64,000 bases of DNA, taken from the NCBI GenBank assembly GCA_030705955.1, contig JAUZPL010000012.1, positions 6,833 through 70,832 of the forward strand. Direction: 5' to 3'. The notes beneath the pieces are model-generated. The model worked only from the letters and a program-made list of their open reading frames with translations, made no database searches and had not been told where the DNA came from. Source of the stretch: Bacillota bacterium (GTDB lineage: Bacteria; Bacillota; Bacilli; Bacillales; Cytobacillaceae). This document shows positions 1 through 9,130 of the stretch, one piece after another. Position numbers and translations under genes: made by a program. Positions within the stretch are counted from its first letter, which is position 1, and every line of letters begins with the position of its first letter.

Positions 1-160
1 CTCTTAATTTATTTGTGTAAACAATAATATCTAATCCCTCAGGATATTGTGGTGCGTAGAGGAAAAGCTCCCACCAAGGAAAAAGTAAAGAGACTCCGAT
101 TAAAATGGATGAACCAATCAAAGAGAGTGTTGAAATAATAGAAAGCTTCTTACCATTCAA
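1..160 (-). CDS. Partial membrane protein directly downstream of nosZ (possible nos-cluster accessory membrane protein); runs off window start
   Basis: Not in ORF track (truncated). Minus-strand TTG at 160..158 follows GGAAGGTG. Hand translation MNGKKLSIISTLSLIGSSILIGVSLLFPWWELFLYAPQYPEGL is TM-like. Confidence 0.4.
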   Translation of the reverse strand, partial: MNGKKLSIISTLSLIGSSILIGVSLLFPWWELFLYAPQYPEGLDIIVYTNKLR

Positions 161-241
161 GTTAACCACACCTTCCTAGTAGAAATCAAAATAGTTTCTG
201 AATCTCCATAACATTGTCACATTTCCAAGTTGATAATAATG

Positions 242-280
242 AAAAAAAGGATGGGTACCAATTAGAAAATTGATACCCAT
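242..280 (-). terminator. Rho-independent terminator/attenuator between nosZ and the downstream membrane gene
   Basis: Minus strand reads ATGGGTATCAATT-ttct-AATTGGTACCCAT (13-bp stem, 1 mismatch) followed by CCTTTTTTT, 11 nt after the nosZ stop. Confidence 0.6.
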
Positions 281-290
281 TCTGTCATCA

Positions 291-2180
291 TTAGTTGTTT
301 GGTTTAACTAGGAAGTAACCGTTCATTTCCTGGTGGAGAGCAGAACAGAAGTTTGTGCAATAAAGTGGGAATGTACCTGCTTTATCAGCAACAAAATCAA
401 GTGTCTTCGTTTCACCTGGTTGTACTTCCATATTTAAATCGTAATTATTGATGGCAAAACCATGGGTAATGTCTTCATCACGGTCAATATTCGTTAAATG
501 AATTCTGACATGGTCACCTTGGTTAACTTCGATGGTATCTGGACGTTTTGCCTTTGAATCAAAGACAAATCTAGAGCGCATTGCAATACCATAAACATCT
601 ACTGTATTACCATTGCGGACTATTCTTGTATCAGTTGTTTTATAAACGGCATCCTTATTGTTTTTGTCCTCCGGATACACATTAATGGTATGAATCTTAT
701 CCGCTTTAATCATTTGTGCATAGTGTGGTTCTGGGTTGGCAGGAACCGTATCGATAACTCTCATTTTTGGCCCATCCAGATCAATTAATTGCATAGTTTC
801 TGGGTGAGAAGGTCCAACAGATAAGAAGTTATCTTTTGCAAGCTTATTAAGGGAAACGAGCCAATGTCCATCAGGAGAAGCTGTATCACCTTCAGCAGCA
901 GCAGCGTGTCCTGGTGAATATTGAACAGGTACACGGTCAACTACTTCGCCAGTTTTGTAGTTCCATTTCACAATTTCAGAAGAGATAAACATAGTTGTAT
1001 AGGCAAAACCTTTATTATCAAATTGAGTATGAAGTGGTCCAAGAGCGTTTTCTGGATTTACTTCTCTTTCCATAACAGATTTATAGTTTAGAACGGGAAT
1101 TCCATTTCTTTCGCCAGAAAAATCTTTGTCTTTAATAGCTTTAAAAGCTTTTTCAAAAGAGAATACTGTCATTGCTGGTGCTAGTTTACCAGAAGCGATA
1201 AAGTATTTTCCGTCTGGAGTTACGTCAACACCATGTGGAGATTTTGCAACAGGTACTAAATAAATTCCCTGATTTTCCTTTTCAGGGAAAATCATCTTTT
1301 GGCCGTCTACGTTTGTATACTTGCCATCCTTCACTTCTTGGGCAAGCTCTTTCCAGTTGAAAAGAACGATATAGTCACGGTCTGCTTGCGATGCATTAAT
1401 TTCCATTGTCGTTGTTGCTTCTTCGGTGTTATAAGTTGTAATAACACCCCATCCATCAGAGCTTTTCTTACCAGCATCAGATAAATCATAAGACCATGGT
1501 GGAAGAGCTACTTGGTAAGCGATATTTAATTTTTCATTCTTTTTATCAAATGTTAAAGCTGACATTACTCCATAATAATCTTTGCTGTAATTATCAAGTG
1601 ATGCATATTTTTGACCGAGTGGAGTAGCAAATCGAGTTGGTAAGAATAAGTATTCAGTATTTGGAGTTACAAAAGCAGCACAGTGTGGGCCGCTTGTGTT
1701 CGGTACTTTAATGATGTCTTTTGTTGTAAATGTTTTTAAATCCATAACGGCAGCACGGCTGTTTGCTACGTCTGTAGCAAATAAATATTTACCATCATAA
1801 TCCCCATTTGTTTCAGAAAGGGCTGGATGGTGGAAATCCCCCCATGTATAACCGCCAAGCATTTTTTTCGATGCAGCATCATAGCCGTATCCAGTGGCAG
1901 AGTCTGGTGAGAAGATTGGTACAGTACGAATTAAACGCATGGAAGGAACACCGTAAACAAACAATTGTCCAGAGTGCCCACCAGATGCCATTAAATAATA
2001 GTCATCCTTTTTTCCTAGTGGAACATATACTTTTTCAGCATCGCCATTACTAGTAGTTGTAGTAGAATTAGATGCTGCTGTTTTTGTTTTTGAACCTGGA
2101 GAAATATCAGCAAAGATAATGACTGCCACTACCAGGCCAAATACCAAGCCGGAAATAATTGGTATCAATTTCTTTTTCAT
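291..2180 (-). CDS. nosZ: Nitrous-oxide reductase NosZ, Sec-type (clade II/atypical)
   Basis: 629 aa. C-terminal CuA motif CTNFCSALHQEM (C-X3-C-X3-H-X2-M) and DFHHP histidine cluster. N-terminus is a hydrophobic Sec-type signal/anchor with no twin-arginine, followed by a Ser/Thr-rich linker. RBS AAGGGTGGTG. Confidence 0.92.
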   Translation of the reverse strand: MKKKLIPIISGLVFGLVVAVIIFADISPGSKTKTAASNSTTTTSNGDAEKVYVPLGKKDDYYLMASGGHSGQLFVYGVPSMRLIRTVPIFSPDSATGYGYDAASKKMLGGYTWGDFHHPALSETNGDYDGKYLFATDVANSRAAVMDLKTFTTKDIIKVPNTSGPHCAAFVTPNTEYLFLPTRFATPLGQKYASLDNYSKDYYGVMSALTFDKKNEKLNIAYQVALPPWSYDLSDAGKKSSDGWGVITTYNTEEATTTMEINASQADRDYIVLFNWKELAQEVKDGKYTNVDGQKMIFPEKENQGIYLVPVAKSPHGVDVTPDGKYFIASGKLAPAMTVFSFEKAFKAIKDKDFSGERNGIPVLNYKSVMEREVNPENALGPLHTQFDNKGFAYTTMFISSEIVKWNYKTGEVVDRVPVQYSPGHAAAAEGDTASPDGHWLVSLNKLAKDNFLSVGPSHPETMQLIDLDGPKMRVIDTVPANPEPHYAQMIKADKIHTINVYPEDKNNKDAVYKTTDTRIVRNGNTVDVYGIAMRSRFVFDSKAKRPDTIEVNQGDHVRIHLTNIDRDEDITHGFAINNYDLNMEVQPGETKTLDFVADKAGTFPLYCTNFCSALHQEMNGYFLVKPNN

Positions 2181-2197
2181 TTAGTTAACACCACCCT

Positions 2198-2656
2198 TTA
2201 ATTTGCTTGCTTTACTTCAGATGCTTTTTTCAAAAGAGCTAAAACTTGTTTCCGCTGATCATCAGTCAATGGCTTGCTGCCAAGAACGCCTGACATAACA
2301 GCTGAATTTGGTTTAGTTAAAAATTGCTCAATTGGTATACCATGTTTGTTTTGAACCTCATTAAACGCCTGTGATAGGTCAGGTCCAACTTGGCCAGCAT
2401 GAATGCCTAATGCACTTACAGAGTGACATCCTAAGCAACCTCTTTGAGAAAGAATGTTGTTTTGGTCAACCGCTGTAGAAGATGTTTGGGTGCTTCCCGC
2501 ACTAGCTGTAGCTTGAGTTCCCGAACTGGCAGGAGCGGTAGCAGCAGCTTCCTCAGGCGGCGTATCTCCAGGACCTCCCGAAGCAGCATATATTAGATAA
2601 CCAAGACCAACGCCAATAATCACACTCAATACAAAGCTAAGAATTGCCTTGTTCAT
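2198..2656 (-). CDS. Membrane-anchored c-type cytochrome co-transcribed with nosZ (NosC-like electron donor)
   Basis: Single CLGCH haem-c motif, N-terminal TM helix, Ala/Ser/Thr-rich linker. Start moved from 2686 to the ATG at 2656, which sits behind AAAGGAGGGG. Stop is 17 nt before the nosZ start. Confidence 0.8.
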   Translation of the reverse strand: MNKAILSFVLSVIIGVGLGYLIYAASGGPGDTPPEEAAATAPASSGTQATASAGSTQTSSTAVDQNNILSQRGCLGCHSVSALGIHAGQVGPDLSQAFNEVQNKHGIPIEQFLTKPNSAVMSGVLGSKPLTDDQRKQVLALLKKASEVKQAN

Positions 2657-2717
2657 TTTTTCCCCTCCTTTTTGTCTAATGAACAACTACATCCTAATGG
2701 GAATGAATCGTCAAAAG

Positions 2718-2733
2718 TATGATGTACATCACA
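2718..2733 (-). promoter_or_regulatory. Fnr/Crp-family binding site upstream of the cytochrome c-nosZ operon
   Basis: Coding-strand TGTGATGTACATCATA fits TGTGA-N6-TCACA with 1 mismatch; the inner 12 bp TGATGTACATCA is a perfect palindrome. TAGGAT (-10-like, 2691..2696) lies 32 nt centre-to-centre downstream, placing the box near -41.5. Confidence 0.6.
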
Positions 2734-2928
2734 CCTTTTTGCTAGTTCTGTGAAAATTTTGTGAAACGGCTTACAGTGACGGGCTTTAAAAAATTGAACT
2801 TTTTGTGAATCTAGCTACAATATAACTAGGAATTTTTTGGTTATTTTTTTGGAAGAAATGAGCTGAATAATAGAGGTGGAGTTTTAATAAGGGAAAAAGA
2901 TAGTTAAAGATGCAGTTGCAAATAAGCA

Positions 2929-2966
2929 TAAAAAAGGATTAGGCCAAGAATAATCGGCCTAATCCT
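2929..2966 (-). terminator. Terminator downstream of bshB2
   Basis: AGGATTAGGCC-N10-GGCCTAATCCT hairpin, T-run on the minus strand. Confidence 0.7.
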
Positions 2967-3005
2967 TTCTATATAAGTACTTATAAATTCTTAACCCACT
3001 AAATC

Positions 3006-3671
3006 CTAAAATGTAAAGGTCCAGAATCTTTCATAGTTAATCCTTGCTAGTACTTGTGGGTCCTCATTTTTTAGTCTTTCTGACATATCCTTAAACATCT
3101 GTTCAGTTTGGGATCGATGGGCCATAATCGCTGCAAGTTTTTTATCAGCTACAGCACGAATATCATGTACAATATCTGCTTCCCCAAGATCCTCTATACA
3201 ATTTTTTGAAAAGGCTACACAGTTTACCTTTGGACGTTGTTCTGCAGGGATTTTTTGAACGGCACGAATAACTGCAGCCCCTGTAGCATCATGGTCAGGG
3301 TGGACTGAATAACCTGGATAAAATGTAATAATAAGTGATGGATGAACCTCTTCAATGATAGAATGAATAAGATTTGACAGCTTTTCATCATCCTCAAATT
3401 CAATGGTCTTATCACGAAACCCAAGCATTCTTAAGTCTTGAATTCCAATAGCCGCTGCTGCCTCTATTAATTCTTTTTTTCGAATGTCCGGGAGCTTCTC
3501 TCGAGTTGTAAAAGGAGGGTTCCCCATATTACGTCCCATTTCCCCAAGAGTTAGACAAGCATAAGTAACGGGTGTTCCGTTAGCAACATGTGTCGCAATT
3601 GTTCCTGAAACTCCGAAAGCCTCATCATCAGGATGAGGAAAGACGACAAGAACATGGCGTTCCTTTTTCAT
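3006..3671 (-). CDS. bshB2: LmbE/PIG-L family deacetylase (bacillithiol biosynthesis BshB2/YojG-like)
   Basis: 221 aa. N-terminal VVFPHPDDEAFG and HPDHDATG metal-binding motifs. Adjacent to yojF, as in B. subtilis. Confidence 0.8.
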   Translation of the reverse strand: MKKERHVLVVFPHPDDEAFGVSGTIATHVANGTPVTYACLTLGEMGRNMGNPPFTTREKLPDIRKKELIEAAAAIGIQDLRMLGFRDKTIEFEDDEKLSNLIHSIIEEVHPSLIITFYPGYSVHPDHDATGAAVIRAVQKIPAEQRPKVNCVAFSKNCIEDLGEADIVHDIRAVADKKLAAIMAHRSQTEQMFKDMSERLKNEDPQVLARINYERFWTFTF

Positions 3672-3689
3672 TGTTATTCCCCTTCCTGC

Positions 3690-4052
3690 CTATTTAAATG
3701 GTGTTCTGCTAATTTCAAGTGAAACGGCAAGCTTTCCTTCGGAATCATGTCCCGCTAAAAGCAGCCGGTCCTGTTCATCCATTTCAAAATGTGTAATTCC
3801 TTCAGCATAGACCCAGCCTAGATTTATTTTTAATCCTACGCGATATGGCCCATTTCCTGTTATTTTCCCTAATTCATATTTGACAAGGGCATTTCGGATG
3901 TAAGCTCCGGCGGAAAAGAAACTTTCATTATTATGTGATGCATAGGCGCCGTTTGTTGTTTCGAGATGAAGATATACATCCTTATTCGCTAGTCGACTAA
4001 TTGCTTCCTGTACAGTATTCAGTTCAACTGGTTCCAACGCACTCGCCTCCAT
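3690..4052 (-). CDS. yojF: YojF-like DUF1806 protein
   Basis: 120 aa with VYLHLETTNGAY...GNGPYRVGLK...AGH...GKLAVSLEIS, recalled as matching B. subtilis YojF. Confidence 0.75.
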   Translation of the reverse strand: MEASALEPVELNTVQEAISRLANKDVYLHLETTNGAYASHNNESFFSAGAYIRNALVKYELGKITGNGPYRVGLKINLGWVYAEGITHFEMDEQDRLLLAGHDSEGKLAVSLEISRTPFK

Positions 4053-4471
4053 TTCTTAGATTTCTTTTTATTCAACATTTTTATCATACTAAATCCTAAT
4101 TCAAAATGCGAAATCCTTGCTTCAAATATTACGCTTCTAGAAATTAATTGACAAAAGAATGACAATTAGACATTTACTAACACAACTATACTTTTTACGT
4201 GATAATTCTTACTGTTTCAAAAAAATACGGTCATTATGATAGAGGTAGCTCATTATTAGAAAAATGCAATTTCTTTATGAAGTAAAAAGTGGTTACTAAC
4301 ATTTATAAGTTGAATAACTTTCCATTCACAGAATTTACAAATTATTGACACAATTACGCTTCCTAATTGTAACATTTCTGCCATCATTTTTCTCGATTTT
4401 ACTATAAAGTAAGGATAAGCCTATCACTTAATCTAGTTAAAAATTTATTCCATATAAAAGGAGGGAAAACA

Positions 4472-5233
4472 ATGAACCGTAAAGGTTGTCCCGATGAATA
4501 CCCCATCACATTGATCGTAAATGGTTTTGAAATAGCGGTTTTTCAATTAACAAAGCATGATCTAGAAGATTGGACCTATGGTTATTTGTTTTCCGAAGGA
4601 TTTATTCATTTTGCAGAAGAGATAAGGACCATATATATGAATGAAGAAATGGGGACCATACAGGTTGAATTATGCACAGATTTTGATAGTGAACAATGGT
4701 TTACAAAGAAGAAGCATTATACCGCCGGTTGCGGAAGAGGAGTAACCTTTTTTTCCATGACAGATGTCAAAAGCTTTGACAAAGTTCATTCACTCCAAAC
4801 ATACTCACTTAGTTATTTATTAAAAAAGCGAAGTGAATTTGCTCAGAATTCTCCGTTCTACTTGGAAACTGGCGGAATGCACGGAGCATGTATTGTTGAT
4901 AAGGATGGGACAATTACAGTCCGTGAGGATATTGGCCGCCACAATGCTGTAGATAAGATAATTGGTTATGCATTAAGGAATCATCTCCTGCCAGAGAATC
5001 TTATTTTACTAACAACTGGAAGGGTTTCATATGAAATGTTGTCGAAGGCAGCTAAATTTGGGTTTGCCATTATTGGTTCTAGAACTGCAGCAACTAAGCA
5101 AGCTATCCAACTAGCAAAATACTTAAATATTGAAGTAATTGGCTATTTGCGTGGGAAAATGGCAACCACTTATACCACGTTTGGCAGAGTGACAAACGAT
5201 TTGAATGAAAGCGCTGCCTTGGAAATGCTTTGA
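4472..5233 (+). CDS. fdhD: Formate dehydrogenase accessory sulfurtransferase FdhD
   Basis: 253 aa with GGMHGA, DIGRHNAVDK and the TAGCGRG loop. Strong RBS AAAGGAGGGAAAACA. Confidence 0.85.
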   Translation: MNRKGCPDEYPITLIVNGFEIAVFQLTKHDLEDWTYGYLFSEGFIHFAEEIRTIYMNEEMGTIQVELCTDFDSEQWFTKKKHYTAGCGRGVTFFSMTDVKSFDKVHSLQTYSLSYLLKKRSEFAQNSPFYLETGGMHGACIVDKDGTITVREDIGRHNAVDKIIGYALRNHLLPENLILLTTGRVSYEMLSKAAKFGFAIIGSRTAATKQAIQLAKYLNIEVIGYLRGKMATTYTTFGRVTNDLNESAALEML

Positions 5234-5315
5234 AAGGGGGAATTTACAGAGAAATTTTAAAAAGAGAGAGTAAAAAAAGGGATGTTCAAAACAATTTTGG
5301 GAAGGAGAGACTAAA

Positions 5316-8303
5316 ATGGTTGAAATGAACCTAAGCCGCCGGCAATTTTTGAAATTGTCAGGAGCTGCAGCAGCAACCTTAGCAGTGGTTGAGTTAGGCT
5401 TTAATGAAAAGAAAGCTTATGCACAATCAAAAGAATTTAAAATTGCTAAGACAAAAGTTACTCCAACAATTTGCTGTTATTGTGGTGTAGGCTGTGGAAT
5501 TTTAGTCCACACAAATGACAAAACAGTGGTTTATACGGAAGGGGATCCGGATAACCCAATTAATGAAGGAAAGCTATGCAGTAAAGGAACAACAATTAGA
5601 CAGCTTTATACCTCTGAAAAACGTTTAACAAAACCATTATACCGTGCACCAGGAAGCAGTAAGTGGGAAGAGAAAAGTTGGGATTGGATGCTTGATACCA
5701 TTGCCAAACGGACAAAAGAAACCCGTGATGCTTCTTTTAAAATAACTGAAAATGGATTTACGGTTAACAGAACTGAAAAAATTGCCAGCCTTGGTGGTGC
5801 GGCACTTGATAATGAAGAAACCTACCTGCTTGCGAAACTAATGAGAGGGCTTGGCGTTGTTTATCTAGAACACCAGGCACGGATATGACACAGTTCAACG
5901 GTTGCCGGTCTGGCACCTTCATTTGGTCGTGGAGCAATGACAAACCATTGGAATGATTTGCAGCATACCGATTGCGCACTGATAATGGGCGCAAACCCTG
6001 CTGAAAACCATCCAATAAGCTTTAGATGGCTTACAAAAGCAAGGGAAAACGGGGGCAAGATCGTTTCGGTGGACCCACGTTTCACCAGAACATCTTCTCA
6101 GGCAGATGTTTATGCACCTCTCCGTTCAGGTACTGATATCGCGTTCCTTGGCGGAATGATAAATTATACACTTCAAAATAATCTGTTCCATAAAGAATAC
6201 GTTGCGGCCTATACAAATGCTTCTTTTATTGTAAAAGGAGGGTATGACTTCAACGACGGTCTTTTCTCTGGATACAATGCTGAGAAAAGGGCCTACGATA
6301 AAACAAAATGGGCACTTGAAACAACACCAGATGGAAAACCAGTCAAGGATCCAACACTTCAAAACCCGAGATGTGTATTCCAATTAATGAAAAAACATTA
6401 TTCACGGTATGATATAGACTCCGTTATAGCTGTAACAGGAACACCAAAAGAAGATTATCTGAATGTTTGTAAAACCTTCTGTGGTACAGGTGAGGTAGGG
6501 AAATCAGGAACCATCATGTATGCAATGGGAACTACACAGCACACAGTGGGAACACAAAATGTTCGCTCTTATGTCATCCTACAGCTTCTTTTAGGAAACA
6601 TCGGAATCCCTGGCGGTGGGATCAATGCGATGCGTGGAGAATCCAACGTTCAAGGGTCAACAGACTTTGCTTTATTATATGATAACCTGCCTGGATATCT
6701 TGCAGCACCAAAAACATTGGTTCCAGAGCATGCAACACTTGAAGGATATCTGAAGATAGAAACACCAAAAACAGGATATTGGAGCAACAAACCAAAATTT
6801 GTTGTGAGTCTTCTAAAAGCTTGGTATGGAAAAAGTGCAACGAAAGATAATGAATTTGGTTATCAATTCTTGCCAAAGGCAAGTGGTAACTATTCACATA
6901 TCAATCTCTTTAAAGCGATGTATGACGGGAAAATGGATGGTGCATTTCTTTTTGGAACAAATCCAGTTGTTGGCGGACCAAACGCTGGCAAAGAAAAAGA
7001 GGCGCTCAGCAAATTGAAATGGCTAGTGGCCATCGATCTTTGGGAAACAGAAACAGCCTCATTCTGGCAAAAAGAAGCTGGGAACAATCCATCAGATATC
7101 CAGACAGAGGTATTCCTACTTCCTGCAAGTGCATCGTATGAAAAAGAAGGAAGTATTTCGAATAGTTCTCGCTGGATGCAATACCGTTGGAAAGCGATCA
7201 ATTCCAGAGGGGAAGCAAGACCAGACCTTGAGGTTATTCATGAACTCGCACTAAGGCTGAAGAATCTATATGCCAACAGTGCAAATCCAGCAGATAAACC
7301 ATTCCTTGCCCTTGATTGGAACTTCGGTTCAGGTGATGAGGTAGATATCGACCTAGTTGCGAAAGAAATTAATGGCTATGACATCTCTAAAGGAAAATTA
7401 ATGAAAACCTTCGGTGATTTAAAGGACGACGGTACAACTTCTAGCGGTAACTGGATTTATTCAGGGTTCTATCCAGGAGAAGGCATGAACCTATCAAAAC
7501 GCCGTGATAGCAAGGACACTGGTGGAGAAAATTACCTAAACTGGTCCTTTGCTTGGCCAGCTAACCGTCGTATCATTTATAACCGTGCTTCTGCAGACCC
7601 AAGCGGAAAGCCATGGAGCGAGAAAAAAGCAGTTATTCACTGGGATGCGCTTCAGAATAAGTGGGTTGGAAACGATGTACCTGACTTTAAAGCAGTTACA
7701 GCACCAACAGCTCCTGGAGGAACAGGTGCATTCATGATGAACAAAGATGGTGTAGCTCTATTGTTTGCACCAACTTTAAATGATGGTCCGTTCCCAGAGC
7801 ATTATGAACCATTTGAAAGCCCTGTACCAAATCCATTCTCTAGTCAACAGTTGAATCCAGCAGCAGTTGTCATTGAAGGGGATTTCAACAAAAAAGGGGA
7901 TAAGAGCCAATTCCCAATTGTTGCGACAAATTATCGTGTAAGTGAACACTGGCAATCAGGCTCCATGACAAGAAACCAAGAATGGCTTTCTGAACTTGTG
8001 GGTCATATGTTCGTTGAGATTAGTGAGGAATTAGCAGCTGAAAAAGGTATTAAGAACAAAGATCAAATTATTGTTAGTTCAGCCCGTGGTGAAGTCAAAG
8101 CTTATGCAATGGTAACCAAACGCTTTAAGCCATTCACCATCCAAGGGAAGAAAATTCATCAAATTGGGATGCCATGGCACTTTGGCTATAAAGGTTTTGT
8201 GACTGGTGATACAGCGAATCGATTAACACCACATATTGGTGATGCCAACTCATTTATTCCTGAATATAAGGCATTCCTCTGTAACGTAAGGAGGGCTGAC
8301 TAA
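5316..8303 (+). CDS. fdhA: Formate dehydrogenase alpha subunit (FdnG/FdoG-like molybdo/tungstopterin enzyme), Tat-exported, selenocysteine-containing; read through TGA 5886..5888
   Basis: Track ORFs 5316..5888 and 5937..8303 share one frame (621 nt apart). Tat motif SRRQFLK and Fe-S motif CCYCGVGCG. Active site HQARI-U-HSSTVAGLAPSFGRGAMTNHW. Confidence 0.85.
5886..5925 (+). other. Selenocysteine UGA codon plus SECIS hairpin
   Basis: UGA, then 11 nt, then GGUUGCCGGUCUGGCACC (5900..5917). This compares with the E. coli fdhF minihelix GGUUGCAGGUCUGCACC: same spacing, bulged U and GGUC loop. Confidence 0.8.
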
Positions 8304-9130
8304 TGACGGAATATGTTAAATATGTTGATGTAACCAAATGTGATGGCTGTCGTGCTTGTATGGTTGCTTGTAAAAACTGGAATGACCTTCCCGCTGAACA
8401 AACAGAATTTCTAGGCAGTGTGCAGTCCCATAAGAAGACAACTGCTGATACATGGAATGTTTTGCAATACATCGAGCATGACAATGCAAAGGGTAATTTA
8501 GAGTACCTTTTCCGTCATTCAAGCTGCTTCCATTGTACAGATGCTGCATGTGAAAAGGTTTGTCCGGAACATGCAATCAGCTACACAAAATATGGGACCG
8601 TTGTGGTGGATCAAGATAAATGTGTAGGTTGTGGATATTGTGTGAATAACTGTCCATTTGAAATTATTGCGTTAAAAGAATACAAAGACAAAAACGGCAA
8701 AGAGTACAGAAAAGCTCATAAGTGCACGATGTGTACAGATCGTCTTGATGAAGGACTTCAGCCAGCTTGCGTAACAACCTGTCATACAGGGGCTATGGAG
8801 TTTGGAAATAAGACTGACATGCTAAAGAAAGCTGAGCAGCGTGTAAATGAAATTAAAAGCCGTTTTCCAAACGCAAATATTTATAATCCACAAGGAGTGG
8901 GCGGCACGCATACAGTTTATGTATTAGCTGAAAGGCCTTCCGTTTATGGGCTCCCTGAGAATCCAAAAGTGCCAACCTCCGCAGTATTATGGAAGGATTA
9001 CGCTCAGCCAATTGGTAAGATGATGCTTGGTGCAACAACAATGGCTGTTGTAGGTGCTTATATTTCCAACAAAATATTTAATAAGGAAGGAAAGGGACAT
9101 GACGAAGACGGAGGTGGAAGCCATGAGTAA
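8303..9130 (+). CDS. Formate dehydrogenase beta (4Fe-4S ferredoxin-type) subunit with C-terminal TM anchor
   Basis: 275 aa. Several CxxCxxCxxxCP clusters (CDGCRACMVAC, CVGCGYCVNNCP, CTMCTDR). Hydrophobic C-terminal helix. Start overlaps the alpha-subunit stop (TAATG). Confidence 0.85.
   Translation: MTEYVKYVDVTKCDGCRACMVACKNWNDLPAEQTEFLGSVQSHKKTTADTWNVLQYIEHDNAKGNLEYLFRHSSCFHCTDAACEKVCPEHAISYTKYGTVVVDQDKCVGCGYCVNNCPFEIIALKEYKDKNGKEYRKAHKCTMCTDRLDEGLQPACVTTCHTGAMEFGNKTDMLKKAEQRVNEIKSRFPNANIYNPQGVGGTHTVYVLAERPSVYGLPENPKVPTSAVLWKDYAQPIGKMMLGATTMAVVGAYISNKIFNKEGKGHDEDGGGSHE

Noticed and set aside
1299-2053. Plus-strand ORFs 1299..1484 and 1808..2053 within nosZ.
   Set aside because: They lie inside a high-confidence gene on the opposite strand, with Cys/His-rich nonsense composition.
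2804-2819. A second Fnr-like site, TGTGA-atctag-CTACA, and the direct TGTGAAA repeats at 2748..2768. Also CGTGA-taattc-TTACT at about 4198..4213 upstream of fdhD.
   Set aside because: Only one half-site matches in each case. Such words are expected by chance in AT-rich spacers, and there is no sensible distance to a -10 element.
5316-8303. Reading the formate dehydrogenase alpha gene as two genes or as a pseudogene split at 5888/5937. The minus-strand ORFs 5764..6015 and 5861..6085 across the junction would then be real.
   Set aside because: Both halves share one frame with a single TGA between them. Conservation continues straight through the stop (..GLAPSFGRGA precedes the Met at 5937). 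A SECIS-like hairpin sits at the canonical distance. The antisense ORFs have no RBS or family resemblance.
9054-9122. Track start (9054) for the cytochrome b subunit.
   Set aside because: It overlaps the beta-subunit C-terminus. ATG 9123 has GGAGGTGG at the proper distance, and stop/start coupling with the beta subunit is typical.
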